Shown here: positions 1 to 13,272 of the stretch, in pieces
How positions within the stretch are numbered: position 1 is the first letter of the stretch
Layout of the letters: the number at the start of each line of letters is the position of its first letter
Assembly: GCA_044892505.1 (NCBI GenBank)
Contig: CM097882.1
Location: forward strand, 289,912,001 to 289,976,000
Direction: 5' to 3'
Length of the DNA: 64,000 nt
Source: Schmidtea nova
Taxonomy: Eukaryota
Position numbers and translations under genes: made by a program
Notes under the pieces: model-generated
Seen by the model: the letters and a program-made list of their open reading frames with translations, nothing else
What the model was told of the DNA's origin: nothing
Databases searched by the model: none

Positions 1-1110
1 CAAAACAAATGGAAATCATAATTTCTATGGTGTTGAAATAGACCGGTAAACTTTTATATTACTTGTTGATTTATGCATAAGTAATGGAAGTTAATGTAAA
101 TATTTGATTTAGACGTTAATTGGTATTCTTAGTTCTAGAGGATGGGTCTGAAACTGTGAATATTGTTCTGATAATTATAATTATAATAATATTTTTCGAT
201 TTTCAAACATTTGCACATTGACTTATGACAGTTTAAATAAGTAACATTGACAATTTTTTAAATCTTCAAATCTTATTTTGAAATTATCCATCAATTTCTG
301 TAACTTGACTTGATATTCTTGAAGCTTTGTATCTTCGATTTGTCATTTTTTTAATTTTGACCCGAACAAAGTGTTTGACATTGTTTTGTCATCAAATCGT
401 GTTTAAATAGTCGCATTTTTTTTGAAAACTGTAAATTGTTTTAGTAAGATCACTAATAACTTTCTGCTTACCCTGTGATTCTAAGTTGAGTGATTGTAAA
501 TGTTCCCTTATGTCAGTCAAAAACATTAAATTTGTATCGAATAATCATCTTTCAACTGTGGATAGTGCTTTTCCTTTTATTAAAAAAAATTGCGATAGGG
601 CCGATTAAGTTAAGGAGGTGGCTTAAGACATCATAGTGGATAGCCATCTCATTAGGAAATAAAAGTAATTCATTGGGAGGATCTTTGAGATCCATCTTAT
701 TAAGAAAATATTGATTGTCTATTGTTTTTTGAACTTGTTCTAATATAACTCACTATTTCTAAAATAACGACTTTCATTACATTGTCATAGTAAAATAACT
801 TTGCTCCCAGATTTTTGCAATGGATAATGCAATTAATAGGTAAAAAAATCGGAATTTTGGAATCTCGTTTTAAAAGACCGACTAGCCCTGTATTTTTACC
901 CAACAGTGCAGGTGTTCCATCAGTTGTCACATTTATAAGATTTTCTAGAAGTATATCAGTTCTCGATGTAATTAAATCAAGTGCATTCTTGATACCGATC
1001 ATGCGAGAGGTATCTTTAGGCGGTACTTAATATAACAATCCTTCATTAACTGTCACATCTGCAGACACATCGAGTAAATACCGCAAATGCGGGGTATCTT
1101 GAATGTTACA
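1..1110 (-). pseudogene. Decayed hAT (SPIN/Charlie/GTF2IRD2-like) transposase, central and C-terminal part
   Basis: ORF 700-1002 has NVTTDGTPALLGKNTGLVG...CIIH (the DG and CxxH motifs of hAT transposases). Flanking frames contain stops and frameshifts. Confidence 0.8.
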
Positions 1111-1111
1111 C

Positions 1112-1132
1112 TATATATATATATATATATAT

Positions 1133-1201
<69 letters not shown>
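1112..1201. repeat. (TA)n microsatellite at the left end of the Tc1 element
   Basis: About 45 TA units with one CACA interruption. Confidence 0.98.
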
Positions 1202-1205
<4 letters not shown>

Positions 1206-2571
1206 CCTACCAAAAGTCCCAGTCATGCAGTTATTTACATATTGCAGTTTATCGCAAACGTCTGCAGTGCAAATATGAACAGCAATGGGAACAAAGGTAA
1301 TCAACATCTTCAACATGCTGCATGCGCACATATACACACAGACACACACAGAATATGACTACTCATACCAGACACACAACAGTGATAACAATGAGTCATG
1401 TTAATGAAGGATTGTCACTTTCTTAGAATGTGGCTACTCGGAGAGAGCTTACAGACTTTCAGAAAGGCATTATTTACGGATGTTACCTTTATGGAAAATG
1501 TCAGAGTGAAACTACTGCATTGACTGGCCATCCCAAAGGAACTATTAATTACTTCCTGAGGAAGTACCGCCAGGAGCAGACACGTGTCAATAAGCAACGT
1601 TTAGGCCGCCCTAAACTTCTGAACATTCGTACACAACGGTAGTTGAAACAACTTTTGGTGGCTCATCGTCGGTTCCCTCTGTCCAAATTAGTGTCCACAT
1701 TTAACACTGGCCCTGTGCATGCCAGCATGTCCACCATTCGTCGCGCATTACATTTTCATGGTTTCTATGGCAGATACTGCGCAAGGAAGCCTTTGATTAC
1801 AGAAACAATTCGTCGTTGTCGCTTGAAGTGGTGCCGGGAGAGAAGGAGCTGGACAGCAGAACAATCGCGCTCAGTCATTGGGAGTGATGAATCACGTTTC
1901 ACTCTTTTCAAATATGATGGACAGCAATTCTGCTGGCGTCGTGTAGGAGAACTATTTCACCCTGACTGCATTCGGCCAACTGTGAAATATGGAGGAGGCT
2001 CCATCATGTTTTGGAGTCTTTTCTCAGCTCGTGGAACTGGCCCTCTAGTGAAGTGCAGCAATCACATGACGTCAGTGGAATACCGCGCCATTCTGGAAAA
2101 TGAGCTTGTTCCCTTTCTCCCAGAAATTGAGGGGCTCATTTTCCAACAAGATAATGCACCAATCCATACTTTGCACATTATGAAGGGATTCTTTCTGCAG
2201 CACAGCATTAACGTTTTGGATTGGGTTCCACAAAGCCCTGATCTGAATCCTATTGAGTTTCTGTGGGACATCCTTGGTAGACTAGTTCGCAAAAGGGTTC
2301 CCATTGCCCGTAACGCCTCCGAACTGGAAACGCGTCTGCATGAGGAATGGTCACACATCTCCCCTGATTTCCTGGCAAAAGTGGTTGATACAATGCCTAA
2401 ACAAGTGCGCCTTGTTATCCAGATGAAAGGTAATATAACGGAGTACTAAATCTCTCAGCACTACAAACATTCAGTATTCATGAGTGTTTGTGACATTTGT
2501 TCCCTTTGCTGTTCATTATAAACTGCAATATGTAAATAACTGCCTGACTGGAGACTTTTGGTAGGCCGGGG
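1200..2571 (+). mobile_element. Tc1 (DD34E) DNA transposon inserted into the hAT remnant
   Basis: Terminal inverted repeats of about 85-105 bp: GGCCTACCAAAAGTC...CAGTTATTTACATATTGCAGTTTAT at 1204 and its reverse complement ending at 2567. TA follows the right end; transposase lies inside. Confidence 0.93.
1430..2449 (+). pseudogene. Tc1 transposase with one premature stop (1640-1642)
   Basis: HTH region with GRPK, then SDESRF, FQQDNAPIH and SPDLNPIE motifs. ORFs 1430-1642 and 1643-2449 are in the same frame. Confidence 0.92.
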
Positions 2572-2573
2572 TA

Positions 2574-2685
2574 ATTATATAAATGGTTTTCCAGTTCGAT
2601 CAATAAAGTCATGATCTTCTTCCAATTAAGGTTTGAAGCATTGACTTTGACTTGTATATTTTCTTTTCTTTTTTCCTGGCGTCAT
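2574..2685 (-). pseudogene. N-terminus of the interrupted hAT transposase
   Basis: The minus strand from ATG 2685 reads MTPGKKKRKYTSQSQCFKP*LEEDHDFIDRTGKPF, resembling SPIN-type N-termini. Confidence 0.55.
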
Positions 2686-5600
2686 ATTTATAAAAGTAAT
2701 AGGTATCTAAAATCGAGAGGTTTCTCTTAAAATATGCTTCCTAATATATTGTAGAAAAAAATATCTTAACGCTTAACTATTTGAATGTGACAGCTGAATG
2801 ATTTTCACACAACTAAGCTTACTTGTTTTAGTTTGAAAACCGAAATCAATAAACTGAAAACGATATATTTAACCCTTACTTTACCGCAGGGGTCATTATA
2901 TGCCCCCAGCTATATTTATTTGTTTTCCGGCTTTTCGTAATTGGCTCTTATGAGGCTACAACTTAATGAATTTTTTCTACAGCCCTTGTGTTTTTATTTC
3001 TGTCAAAGTAAAGGTTTAACAAAAAAATATTTAATATTTACGCAAGTATTTTGTACGTAGCAGGCTGTGACTTTGTAACTGTACAGTAAAAAAATTCAGT
3101 GATTGAATAAAATAAAGTTAGACTTGATAACTTCTGTACACGCTTAAAATAAATCGTAAAATATTGCAATTGTAAGCAAAACATTGATATGATTACCATA
3201 AAAGTATATGAAAACAAATACAATAATATTAAAATCTTGTATCTTTTTAAAATAAATTTTAACGATATTTTTTCGGTCTTGGCTAGAGCCAAATTAATGA
3301 CGTAGGAGAGCCACAGTTTGACCAATTATGTTTTATAGTATCATAAAGGGAATATTGGACGATACTTTTTGTCAACTTACATGAACCACACTTTATCTTC
3401 ATCTTAAAGAAAATGCAGATTGACTAAACATGACAAACATGCTTAAAAACATTTTCAATAGTACAGAGAAACTGCTTTGGGTTTTGGTTCAAGTTTTTAC
3501 ATTTTCCAAATTAGATATGGTGAATTCCAATAGCATACAAGTATATAAGTAATTTACTATGTTATTTTTTATTGTCAGTAAAACGTCCTAAGTGTTTTTA
3601 TACATCTATGTAAGTTCTCAATTCACGAAATTTAGTGCAATAGAAATACCAATTACACAAAATCAAAGCCATTGTGTAGATATCTGAATGGATGTTTGTT
3701 GTATTATATAATTATTAGCTTTATATTATCCAACTTTGCTTGGGAAGGATTCAAATTCATTCTTTATTCATTATAATTGATTTTACATACTACCTCCACT
3801 TTCTGCAAAATCACAAATATGTATCTCTTTACTGAAATGTGGCAACTTATATAGCACACTTCTAGACTTTTGAAGTAATAAAGTGGGCCATATAACAAAT
3901 ATATATATATAGATATATATAGATATATTTTTTTAAATACACGACCACGTAAAGAATTTATTAGAGAATTATTTATGATAATTGAAAGCTTATGTTGAAA
4001 GTTAGAAGCTTAATGAAAATATCACCATATACAGTACCTCGTGTAAATATACAAATTTAGTTACTAGTTGAAAACAGCATAGTTGATCTGGAAATAGTAA
4101 CCAGAATGACATGTGCAAATTCCCGTTTGGAAGGAGTTCTTTTGAAAAATAGATAGACACATGTATTTTCAGTTTTAATTATAGATTATTATGGAATGAA
4201 ATATTTATTTTAATGTTATCTGAAAAGCGATTTCTCTATCAAATGATGAGTAGTTTGTCCAATTTAACCAAATACTTCTTTTAAAACTGATAGACAATGT
4301 TAAATATTAGAAACTTAATTTAAAAAAATTTAACTTATTGACTTGAATAATTTCCCATAATAACCATAGTAATAAGTCATCCATATATAGAGGAAGAGGT
4401 GTGTTTAATATGGGATATTTTGCGTATGGGTGTGTAGAGTTTTTTAGAAGGGACTTTCTTAATGGGTTTTTCAAATTTCAGTTATGAAAATGTATTGACA
4501 TGGAAGATCTGGGAAACGTATATGTAAGGGTAAAGATTGGACAAATCCCGAGAATTAGGAATATCCATAAAAATAGAGAAAAATCCCGAGATTTTTTTCA
4601 TAAATAGTTCTATTTTTTTCTTAATTCATTTCACACGTTATTATAACATTAATCAAATCAATTTATTTATTGTTGAAAAAGTGACTCTTTAAAACATACA
4701 CTAATAATCTGGTTCGCCTTTTCGATACTAAATATCTTGAAATGGAAAATTTTCTTTTGTTTTCTGTGTTAGTTATTTGCATCTTACATAATGCTGATTA
4801 CAGTTTTTGTAAATTATCCGTTTTATTTTTCGGATGTTTTAGTGGGGGCACCTGGAGCCTTGGATTTTACCATTTGTTTATTCTCATTGGAGTAAATTAG
4901 ATCTATTAATAATCCTGGATAAAGCTCACTCATCTTAGATATTTAAATATAAAACAATTGTAAAAAATAAATCGCATATCTAAAATTATTTTAATAATTC
5001 AGTGATAGTTTAGAAAAACTTTTAAAATTAAAATTATTTATTTATTTAAATTCCAAATTATATCTTCATCTCATTTTTTTACCAACTGAAAATCATTTTT
5101 TAAAGCATATGCTTCAACACTGATCTTATTCGAATGAATCCACCGAACTGATCAGGTAAACTACTATTATTTTCTTGTTAAACAATTTCAACGTTATCCT
5201 CGACCTCACAGATCATACTATTAATCGCATAAAATTATTAAAAAAATATTTTCAAATATTATCCAATTACGGTATTTTATTTTATTTTTTTAAGTATTTA
5301 CGTAAAAGGGAGTGTATAATACACGTTTTTTATTCATTATACGCGTTATATTGATAGAAACATCTTTTTTCACGTATCATAGTAAATTCAAAAAAATTTG
5401 ACTGTCAGTTGACGGGCTTGTTTTATAACTAATATATAACTAATATATATATATATATATATTATCATAATTATCTTTTTTCACCTTTGATCTTTTTTTA
5501 TTATTATTATCAATAATTCTCATAATGACTATAGATCAAAATTTTTTTTTATAAACAATAACACAATATTTGTAATGAATTTTTGAATCCCTCTTGTAAT

Positions 5601-6149
5601 ATCTGGCATTTTGTTTCTTCTATAGAGGAAGTTGTTTTATGTACTTTTTCCCAGTGTTCATAATAATTACTAGTTTTGTTTTTAGTGTGTTCATTAAGTC
5701 GGGCGCGAAAGGTTCTATGTGTTTCTCCTATGTAGGTAGCGTCACATTTGACAAGAAAGTTTATATACTAATTCAAATATTGCCATAATTAAAGAAAAAC
5801 CATTCAAACAAATTCATGGATTAGCCATGGGTAATATCCTTTCTCCCATCTTAGTCATCTTCTAAATGAAATTTATAGAATCTAAGATCAGATCTTTTTT
5901 GGGGACAAAATACTTTTCGTTGAAATAATGCATCGACGACATCTTCATAGTCTCCACAATCCCTCTCAATCAAATCCTATCACACGCAAATTCTACTAAC
6001 ACCAACATACAATTCACTTTTGAAACACCAAACGCAGAAGGTAAAATACCGTTTTTAGATACCATGGTAAATTTCGCAAAAGGCCCAAATACACTAAATG
6101 CAAATGCCGAGCTATATTCTAAAAGTTTAGATAGTGGTCATATCCTCCC

Positions 6150-6740
6150 ATGGAAAAGCCACGTTCCACTTCAACGCAAAATCGGATTACTAATAAGAGA
6201 AAGTTAAAGAGCCATAGAAACTGTTCAAACGCAAACAAAATACAAGAAACATTAGAAAACTTCAAAATACGATTCCTCCAAAATGGATACGCTGAAGAAT
6301 TTGTAAAAAAATACTTCCTTAACGAACCATACCACAATAAACGCAACAATAAGAAACGCCAGAAGCACAATAACAATAACAAACACATAGCATATCTAAG
6401 ATTAATTTTCCTAAATGACACTACAGCCAATAAAATCACCAACATTTTTAACCAAACATATTTGCCAATCAACATCCGTCCTACTTTCATAAACTTTGTA
6501 CCGTTAAAATCACAAATCCGAAAGCCGCCAATTTCCAACATCTCCAAACATAAATGTCTTTGTCGTTCCACAACCCGATGCTTTTGCTTTTCCAAAAATA
6601 TAGTATATAAACTTTCTTGCCAAAAATGTGACGCTACTTACATAGGAGAAACACATAGAACTTTTCGCACCCGACTTAATGAACACACTAAAAACAAAAC
6701 CAGTAATTATTACGAACACTGGGAGAAAGTACATCTATAG
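6150..6740 (+). pseudogene. Penelope-type RT thumb and GIY-YIG endonuclease fragment
   Basis: NGY and NIVYKLSCQKCDATYIGETHRTFRTRLNEH motifs. Confidence 0.9.
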
Positions 6741-6872
6741 AAGAAACAAAATGCCAGATTCTACAAGAGGTATTCAAAAATTCATTACAAAGATTAGCTT
6801 CCGAGACTTTTCACATCAAAAAATACAAACCGTCCATCAACATTCAATTCGCACAAAAAATCATGTTTAAAA

Positions 6873-7635
6873 CAGTGGTTTCCAACCCGGGAGGCTCGGC
6901 CTATGGTTAAGGGAGGCGCCAAAACTTGATGTGTTAGATGTAGTTTAAACGTAGTCGGTCACGTGGGGTCTTTAAAGGCCCAATACATTATTTGGCGAAA
7001 TTTTATATATTTATTATATATGTATATGGTTTTTTATGTTTTTCTGTCATGTGGGTATATATTTAACGATAATAAAGTATATTTTGTATTTCGTTATTTA
7101 TTTTGGCATGGAAATTATAACTTATTAGAAAACAGACCATTTCGTCTTTTTTGGCACTTCGAGTTTAAAATTACCAAAAAAAATAACAAAATTTAAACTC
7201 TTTTACATAATAACAAGAAATGTCAAATTCCAGGCATTCTTTACCTTTAAACATCAAGATACTTATAACTATACATCTAAAAATAGGCAGCTACTGAGAC
7301 ACACAAACCTCTAACTTAAATAATTAAAAAGTTATGTCGGTTTTTCTAAGCTCCGGGCCTTTAAAGACCCCACGCGACCGATGATGTAATGAAAATGGGC
7401 GCTACCGACGTAGGGTTAATTAGTAATTTAATATACAAATAAATATTCATGTTCGTATGTTCTAGCAAAACCTTGTTTTTATTCTGTTAATTGTAGTTTT
7501 AATTTTTTATGTAATAAAGTTATTTTTGTTTAAAAAGTGTTTATATTATTATATATATTAAAAAAAAGATAGGGAGGCACCAAGAAAAAAAATTTATGGG
7601 GGGAGGCTCGGTAGCATTAAGGTTGGAAACCGCTG
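6873..7635. mobile_element. Non-autonomous hAT MITE inserted in the Penelope 3' end
   Basis: TIRs CAGTGGTTTCCAACC / GGTTGGAAACCGCTG; 8-bp target duplication GTTTAAAA at 6865-6872 and 7636-7643. Confidence 0.9.
6949..7415. mobile_element. piggyBac-type MITE nested in the hAT MITE
   Basis: TTAA on both sides; right end ...CGTAGGG|TTAA; internal inverted repeat TCGGTCACGTGGGGTCTTTAAAGGCCC / GGGCCTTTAAAGACCCCACGCGACCGA. Confidence 0.75.
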
Positions 7636-7745
7636 GTTTAAAAAGAAAATTAAAATAAATTTATTTTCATTAAATAAAATCATTATAAAATGTAAAATAA
7701 ATAATTACGGTTACTATTTAGGATTAAGTTAATATAACGATTGTA

Positions 7746-7784
7746 ATACACACTTGATAAAGGCTGTGCCATAATATTGCGTAC
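7746..7784 (+). ncRNA. Degenerate minimal hammerhead-ribozyme-like motif of the Penelope pLTR
   Basis: ACAC-ACTTGATAA-AGGC-TGT-GCC-ATAA-TATT-GCGT; the GAAA core is mutated relative to the copy at 54768-54805. Confidence 0.4.
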
Positions 7785-9744
7785 TCGATTAAAGAAATTT
7801 TGGTCTATAGTCTTACCATTATGGGAATTATTAATATATTAATATATATATGTGTGTGTGTGTGTGTAAAAGTCAATGGAGAGTTATGTTATTAATAGAA
7901 TCGTAATAGTTGTGCGAATTCTATGTAATTTGTTGTTTGTGGTTTTGGCCGAAGAATAATATAAGTATGTGAGGTATTGTAGTTATGTAGTTGTCAGTTT
8001 TGTAATATATTTTAAAATGCTTATTATGTTCTTTATTTGGTGTTAAGAAGATTGAAGAGCCCAACAGAGTCTCCGGTAAGATATGCGTCGGGACTGTTGG
8101 GGTGAATGCGTGCGTGTGTATGTGATTGTGTAGTAGCAACAAATGAACCAACAACAGAAAATTGTTTAACAACTTTTATTTTTTAATAAAAATAATGAAA
8201 AGAACCTGTACTCACGTAATCTTCTCTATAGAAATTTATTTTGTCCAATAGCTTCTTTAATTAATTCTCTTCGCTTGGTTTATCGCAGTTTCTTTATTAA
8301 TTTTTTCACTTTGGTTATCGCAGTTTCTTTATTAAATTTTTCTTTGCTCATATAGTTAGTTTTTTTCTTTCCAACTTCCTTAGTTTTTCTGTGGCAATCA
8401 ACTTCTATAGTTATTTCAATTCTATTTTCTATTGATTTTTTTTTGAATTAGAAATTTTAATTTTTAATTTATTATCATTTAAAATCATTTTATCGACAAA
8501 ATTGCCAACCACATCAAAACAACAAAAAAGGGGGTTATCCGGTGTCCGATGGGACGTCCACAATAATAATCACACAATACATCATTAACAACAATAATCA
8601 TAAAAATACGGTATTAACACAATCTTTACTAATTTCAATATATACTTCGTTCAGTTGTTCACGTGAAATAATTTTTATTTATTGTGTTTGTATTTTACTT
8701 TTATGGTTTTAATAGTAACCCCAATAAAGAGAAAATGAACACAGAACAAAAATGAAGTTGATACTAATCCTGTATATGAAGAGCCATTGCCTTTACCAAT
8801 TGCATTTACCTATTGTGTTTACAAATTGCAGATTATTCATTCTAGTGATAAAAATAATTTCGCATCAGTTCACAATCTGTACCGTTTATTGCCAGATAGA
8901 GATAAAATTCTGATAAAAAAATGTAAAAAAATTGTTACTTTACAATAAAATCAGATAAATAAAGAAAGCGAATTTTAAGTTTCCTTTTCCCAATTTCCTT
9001 CAGATTTTCGATAGCACTTTTAAGTATTCTTATTTCCATTTAATATTTTAAAATATATTTACGTGATTTTATGCGGTTTTAGAGAATTACAGAACAAATT
9101 CAAAATTTTGTCAACGAGTTTTTATATACGGTTTAATGTTGAGCGTATCTACCGCATAGGAATTCGTAATATTTAATTCTTTAACTAACGTAAAAACTAA
9201 TGTTAGCACGGGCGTGCCTTCTAACAACTAAATAAAATAATAACTATCCATAAATTACTATATTTCTATACTTTACTTTCGCTTGTCTATTTAAAATGAC
9301 TTGAATTATTTTAAATAATTTTGAAATAGCTCTATTAATGCTTAAGGATAGAAGGGGTTGCAAATTCATTACGGAAATTAATATAAACATTGTGTTTTCA
9401 TATTCACTATAACTATTTCTGCAGCAAACGAAACAGATATACGCATTGATTTATGTAATGTTCTTAAAAATTCTCATTTTTTCATGATGCATTTATTTTA
9501 TTTCATAATAGCGCAGTTTTACAATATAGTTGTTATAAGAGAAAAATATTGTGACATAATGTAAAAGACATGTAAACTATCAAAATTCCATATATGCTAG
9601 TGATTTCATACTTGTCTAAAGAATGTTCTATTCGTGGCTTTGAAATTTATGAGGACTAAGTTTTTATTTCATCCTCAATTTTATTGAAGAATTTAACCGA
9701 TTACATCTGAAATTGCATTGTACTGTTAAAAAGTCACATTAAAC

Positions 9745-9895
9745 AAGTGGTTCTTAACCTGGGGTGCGTGCATCCCTGGTGGTACAGTAAATGTATTTTC
9801 CTAAATAAAAAATAGGAGCACATTTTTCAAGGGGGTGCGAGAGCTTATTTTCAGATTCAAGGGGTGCTGACCAATATAAAGGTTAAGAACCATTC
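9745..9895. mobile_element. Short hAT MITE
   Basis: TIRs AGTGGTTCTTAACCT / AGGTTAAGAACCATT; 8-bp target duplication CATTAAAC on both sides. Confidence 0.85.
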
Positions 9896-9949
9896 CATTA
9901 AACAAATCCTAAAAACTATCACTTTTTTGACAGTATATATGTGGATTTC

Positions 9950-10063
9950 TGTCATAACAAATGACTTACAATTCTTTGCTTTATTTTCAAATTTTTCATA
10001 GTGCGATGTCATAACAAATGACTTACAATTCTTTGCTATATTTTCAAATTTTTCATAGTGCGA
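9950..10063. repeat. Direct tandem duplication, about 57 bp x2
   Basis: TGTCATAACAAATGACTTACAATTCTTTGC...CATAGTGCGA repeated with one mismatch. Confidence 0.9.
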
Positions 10064-10976
10064 TGGAATCTAATGAAACAACAAATTTATTTATGTACTT
10101 CTGAGGTTTAACAGTATTTATTTCAATTTTATTGTGTTAACTTTATATTAAAGGTTATTGTCAATAACATCCTTATAACACTATTATTATAATAAATATT
10201 ATTCAGTTAAAATAAATTTACATTCAAAAATCCAAGCTATGTCTGTAATATGAATTAGAGCATGTTAATCAACCTTTTCATGTCTATCGCCCACTTTTTC
10301 ACCTCGATTGGTAGTAAAATATTCTTACCGCCCATCTGTTCTACAGTATTGATAATTGATAAAGTAGGAAGGTTTAAACCATTTATAAAGTAGAGTTACA
10401 GAAAATTCAATCATACAAATAAAATATTTTAGTACAGGAGAAAAATATGTATAAAAACTTACTGCATCATAACAAAAATAATCGAATATGCCTGATAAAT
10501 AAAAATGTTTTTAAATAATGTTTTCAACAATATATTGTTTTTAAAAAATCAATTAAAATTTAACTAACAGAAAATATATTTCTATATCGGAAAAAAATCC
10601 TACTACCCACCAGGTTGACTATCACTAAATTAGAACAATAAAATAAGAAAAATTGATTTTAAATGCATCACATAATTATGCATTTTAATTGATATATAAT
10701 AATTATTTGTTTGGCTTTCAGAATTAAATTATAGGGTTTCTAATTTGATAGTATGACTTTTGCATTAGGTAGTGTTAATATTTCATTTATTAGTGATTTT
10801 GATGATTTATTTAATATTATACTGAATCGATGTTATATACTTGAAGTTATCCCTGCCGAAATATTGACAAGATTCAACATGTATTTTTACTGAAAGTCTA
10901 AAAATCATTTGCTGTGGGGTTGGGTAAAAGGTTTTCCTACGTCAATTATTAATATGATTGACCTTCACCAATATAG

Positions 10977-11137
10977 GGTTTTTCGATCTATTTCGATTTT
11001 TTCCGATCATTTTGGAATTAAATTAATTAATTTATTAATTGATTTAATATTTTTCAATCAATTTCGATATTTTATCAATCATTTTAATTAATTTAATTCC
11101 AAAATGATCGGAAAAAATCCAAATAGATCGAAAAACC
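10977..11137. mobile_element. Foldback/palindromic MITE upstream of the GOLD-domain exons (probably intronic)
   Basis: Near-perfect inverted repeats of more than 50 bp: GGTTTTTCGATCTATTT...GGAATTAAATTAATTAA and its reverse complement ending AAAAACC. Confidence 0.8.
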
Positions 11138-11220
11138 ATTTTATTAATAGTAAATGTTTAATAGTTTTCCGTTATCAGCTTATTTTTCTTTATAAAATCA
11201 CATTTGATGAATATGTATAG

Positions 11221-11717
11221 TTAACGGTTATGCAGAAGAACACGAAACCACAACCTATAGTTCTGATATGGTTGAGATGTGGTGTGAGTCCGCAATCAAT
11301 GAATTTAAGACCAGTTTCAAAACTGAGCCTGACAGTGTAATGAAAATTGGATCTGGAGAAGTTGTTACGGTTTGTCTATAAGTGTATTTATATTGAAAAA
11401 TTGTAACAACTCGTCATGTCCAGATACGGGTTCCGACCAGTGCAACAAATGATTATCTAGTCTGGCAATTTGTCACTGATGAATGTGATATCGGGTTTGG
11501 AGTGTCGGTTTCAAATGAGGTTTCAGGTCAGGCAAATACCACTGAAATTGTGCCAGTCTTGAGGCGTGATAGTCACAAACAAATATTCTGTGGCAAGATA
11601 AAACTTCATAAAAACTCCACTGGAAATGATCAGTTGTTCTTCCTTTTACGCTTCGATAATTCTTATTCTTTATGGCGTCACAAATGGCTCTATTATCGCG
11701 TTTGTTATTCTGATTAA
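11221..11717 (+). CDS. Last two exons (11221-11369 and 11424-11717; 54-bp GT-AG intron) of an ACBD3/GCP60/TMED8-type GOLD-domain protein; upstream exons not identified
   Basis: Spliced translation: ...MWCESAINEFKTSFKTEPDSVMKIGSGEVVT|IRVPT...LVWQFVTDECDIGFGV...EIVPVLRRDSH...LLRFDNSYSLWRHKWLYYRV. This matches the ACBD3/TMED8 C-terminal signature. AATAAA follows the stop. Confidence 0.85.
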
Positions 11718-13272
11718 CAATGTGCTTTCAATAAATGGGTTGTCTTTTTATTTTTATTCTAATAAATTTTTTATTTATTCATTAATAATTAATGTTTTCA
11801 ATTGAGGGTTTAGTCAGTGTTAATCCATTAAAATAACGGGGAAATAAAGAATCAGATAATTTATTATTTATTTTTAATTGGAGATTAGTCACTTATATTT
11901 ATAAGAAATTAATATCGAAATTCATAATTTAATCAAAAAATATACTATTTATAATAGTAAGTAGTTTAATTTAAGAAATAAATATATTGCGTTATAAAAA
12001 ACTTTGATTTTGACAATTTATGTAAAACAAAAATTAACGATCAACAATACTAATGAGTGCAATGCATCCATTCCTTGATTACATTATTTTCTGTAAATTC
12101 TGGATAACTGGATTTAATTATGTGCTACAATGCCCCGTATTTTTGGATATTTATTTGTCATTATCATTTTAAAAAGCCAAATTCTGAGATATATGTAGTT
12201 GTGAAAGTAATCTTAACCAAAATATCGCATTTATTAAATTTGATTACTCGTTAACTCTTTCACATTTTAAGTACCAATTTACTGAGACCGTTTTTTATTT
12301 ACTATTTTGTGCCCAAGCGGCGAACGATTTACACGCAACTGTTGTAACATGATTGTTTTGTTTGTAATATAATCTTCAAAAAAATGTGCCTTTCTTCATT
12401 TAAACAAATATTCAAAAACAAAGTTTGGGTACATCACGGAAATTTGATTGAAGATAAATTCTTTGGGGTAGCTACCTCAAGCAACATACGAAAAACAACC
12501 ATAATATTAGGTATTACAGTGAGAACTACCTCTTATGCTAAAAAGGTAAATATACCGTTCAAAAAAATTGTTTCTGAAACCTTTATGAATTAAGTCCTAG
12601 CTTAAAGATATGCAATAATATTAATTTAGTAAATATTGAAATAATGAAAGATGTTAATTAATAATTTATGTCAAATACACTATACCAGGGATTGCAAAAT
12701 TTTCAAGTCTCGTAAGAGACTTGTGTTGGGCCCGGTGAATCGCAAAACAATCTTAAAAAGATACAAATTAAACATAAAAATAAGAATAGAATTAAAGAAA
12801 ATAAATTACCAACCATCAATGAAAGACAAACAATCATCAAGCACGGAAAACCTGAAAGAAACAGCATAACAATACAAATAATAATAACAACACAGAACTT
12901 ACCGCTAGACCGAGATGAGAGAACTGTGTGATGAGTATTAAACCAACCAAGCGAAAATAAGACCTATCAAAATGTCCTCAAATAAAATAAGCACAGAAAA
13001 CAATAATTACCAATGAGCAATTGAAAACCACCGAGGCCTGAAATAGAAAGAATAATGAATAGCAAAATTACAATAAAATTACCGAAGCGAGAATGAAATT
13101 ATGAACGGAACAAATGCGGAGGTGGACCGCTCAGACAAGATGTAGAAACTAAATATAAAATAAAAATCACTGGAGCATAAATAAAAGAATAAACATCAAA
13201 CTCACCGGTCTAATAGAGAAAAGCACAACAATCAAAAATAAATGGCTAGAAAATAAACAACCGTGCTAAATT

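Larger units (their letters stand above)
5505..7830 (+). mobile_element. 5'-truncated Penelope-like retroelement with an inverted 5' pseudo-LTR (5505-5770)
   Basis: RT C-terminus (GLAMGN, IDDIF, IPFLD) followed by the GIY-YIG ORF 6150-6740. 5570-5770 is the reverse complement of about 6600-6790. The 3' tail continues after the MITE insertion to about 7830. Confidence 0.88.

Noticed and set aside
1053-1349. ORFs with YIYIYI runs
   Set aside because: Translation artefacts of the (TA)n microsatellite.
2869-2960. TTAA-CCCTT piggyBac-like end
   Set aside because: No matching second terminus was found.
10255-10380. Short minus-strand open frame (…NTVEQMGGKNILLPIEVKKWAIDMKRLINML*)
   Set aside because: No clear splice acceptor and no recognisable homology.
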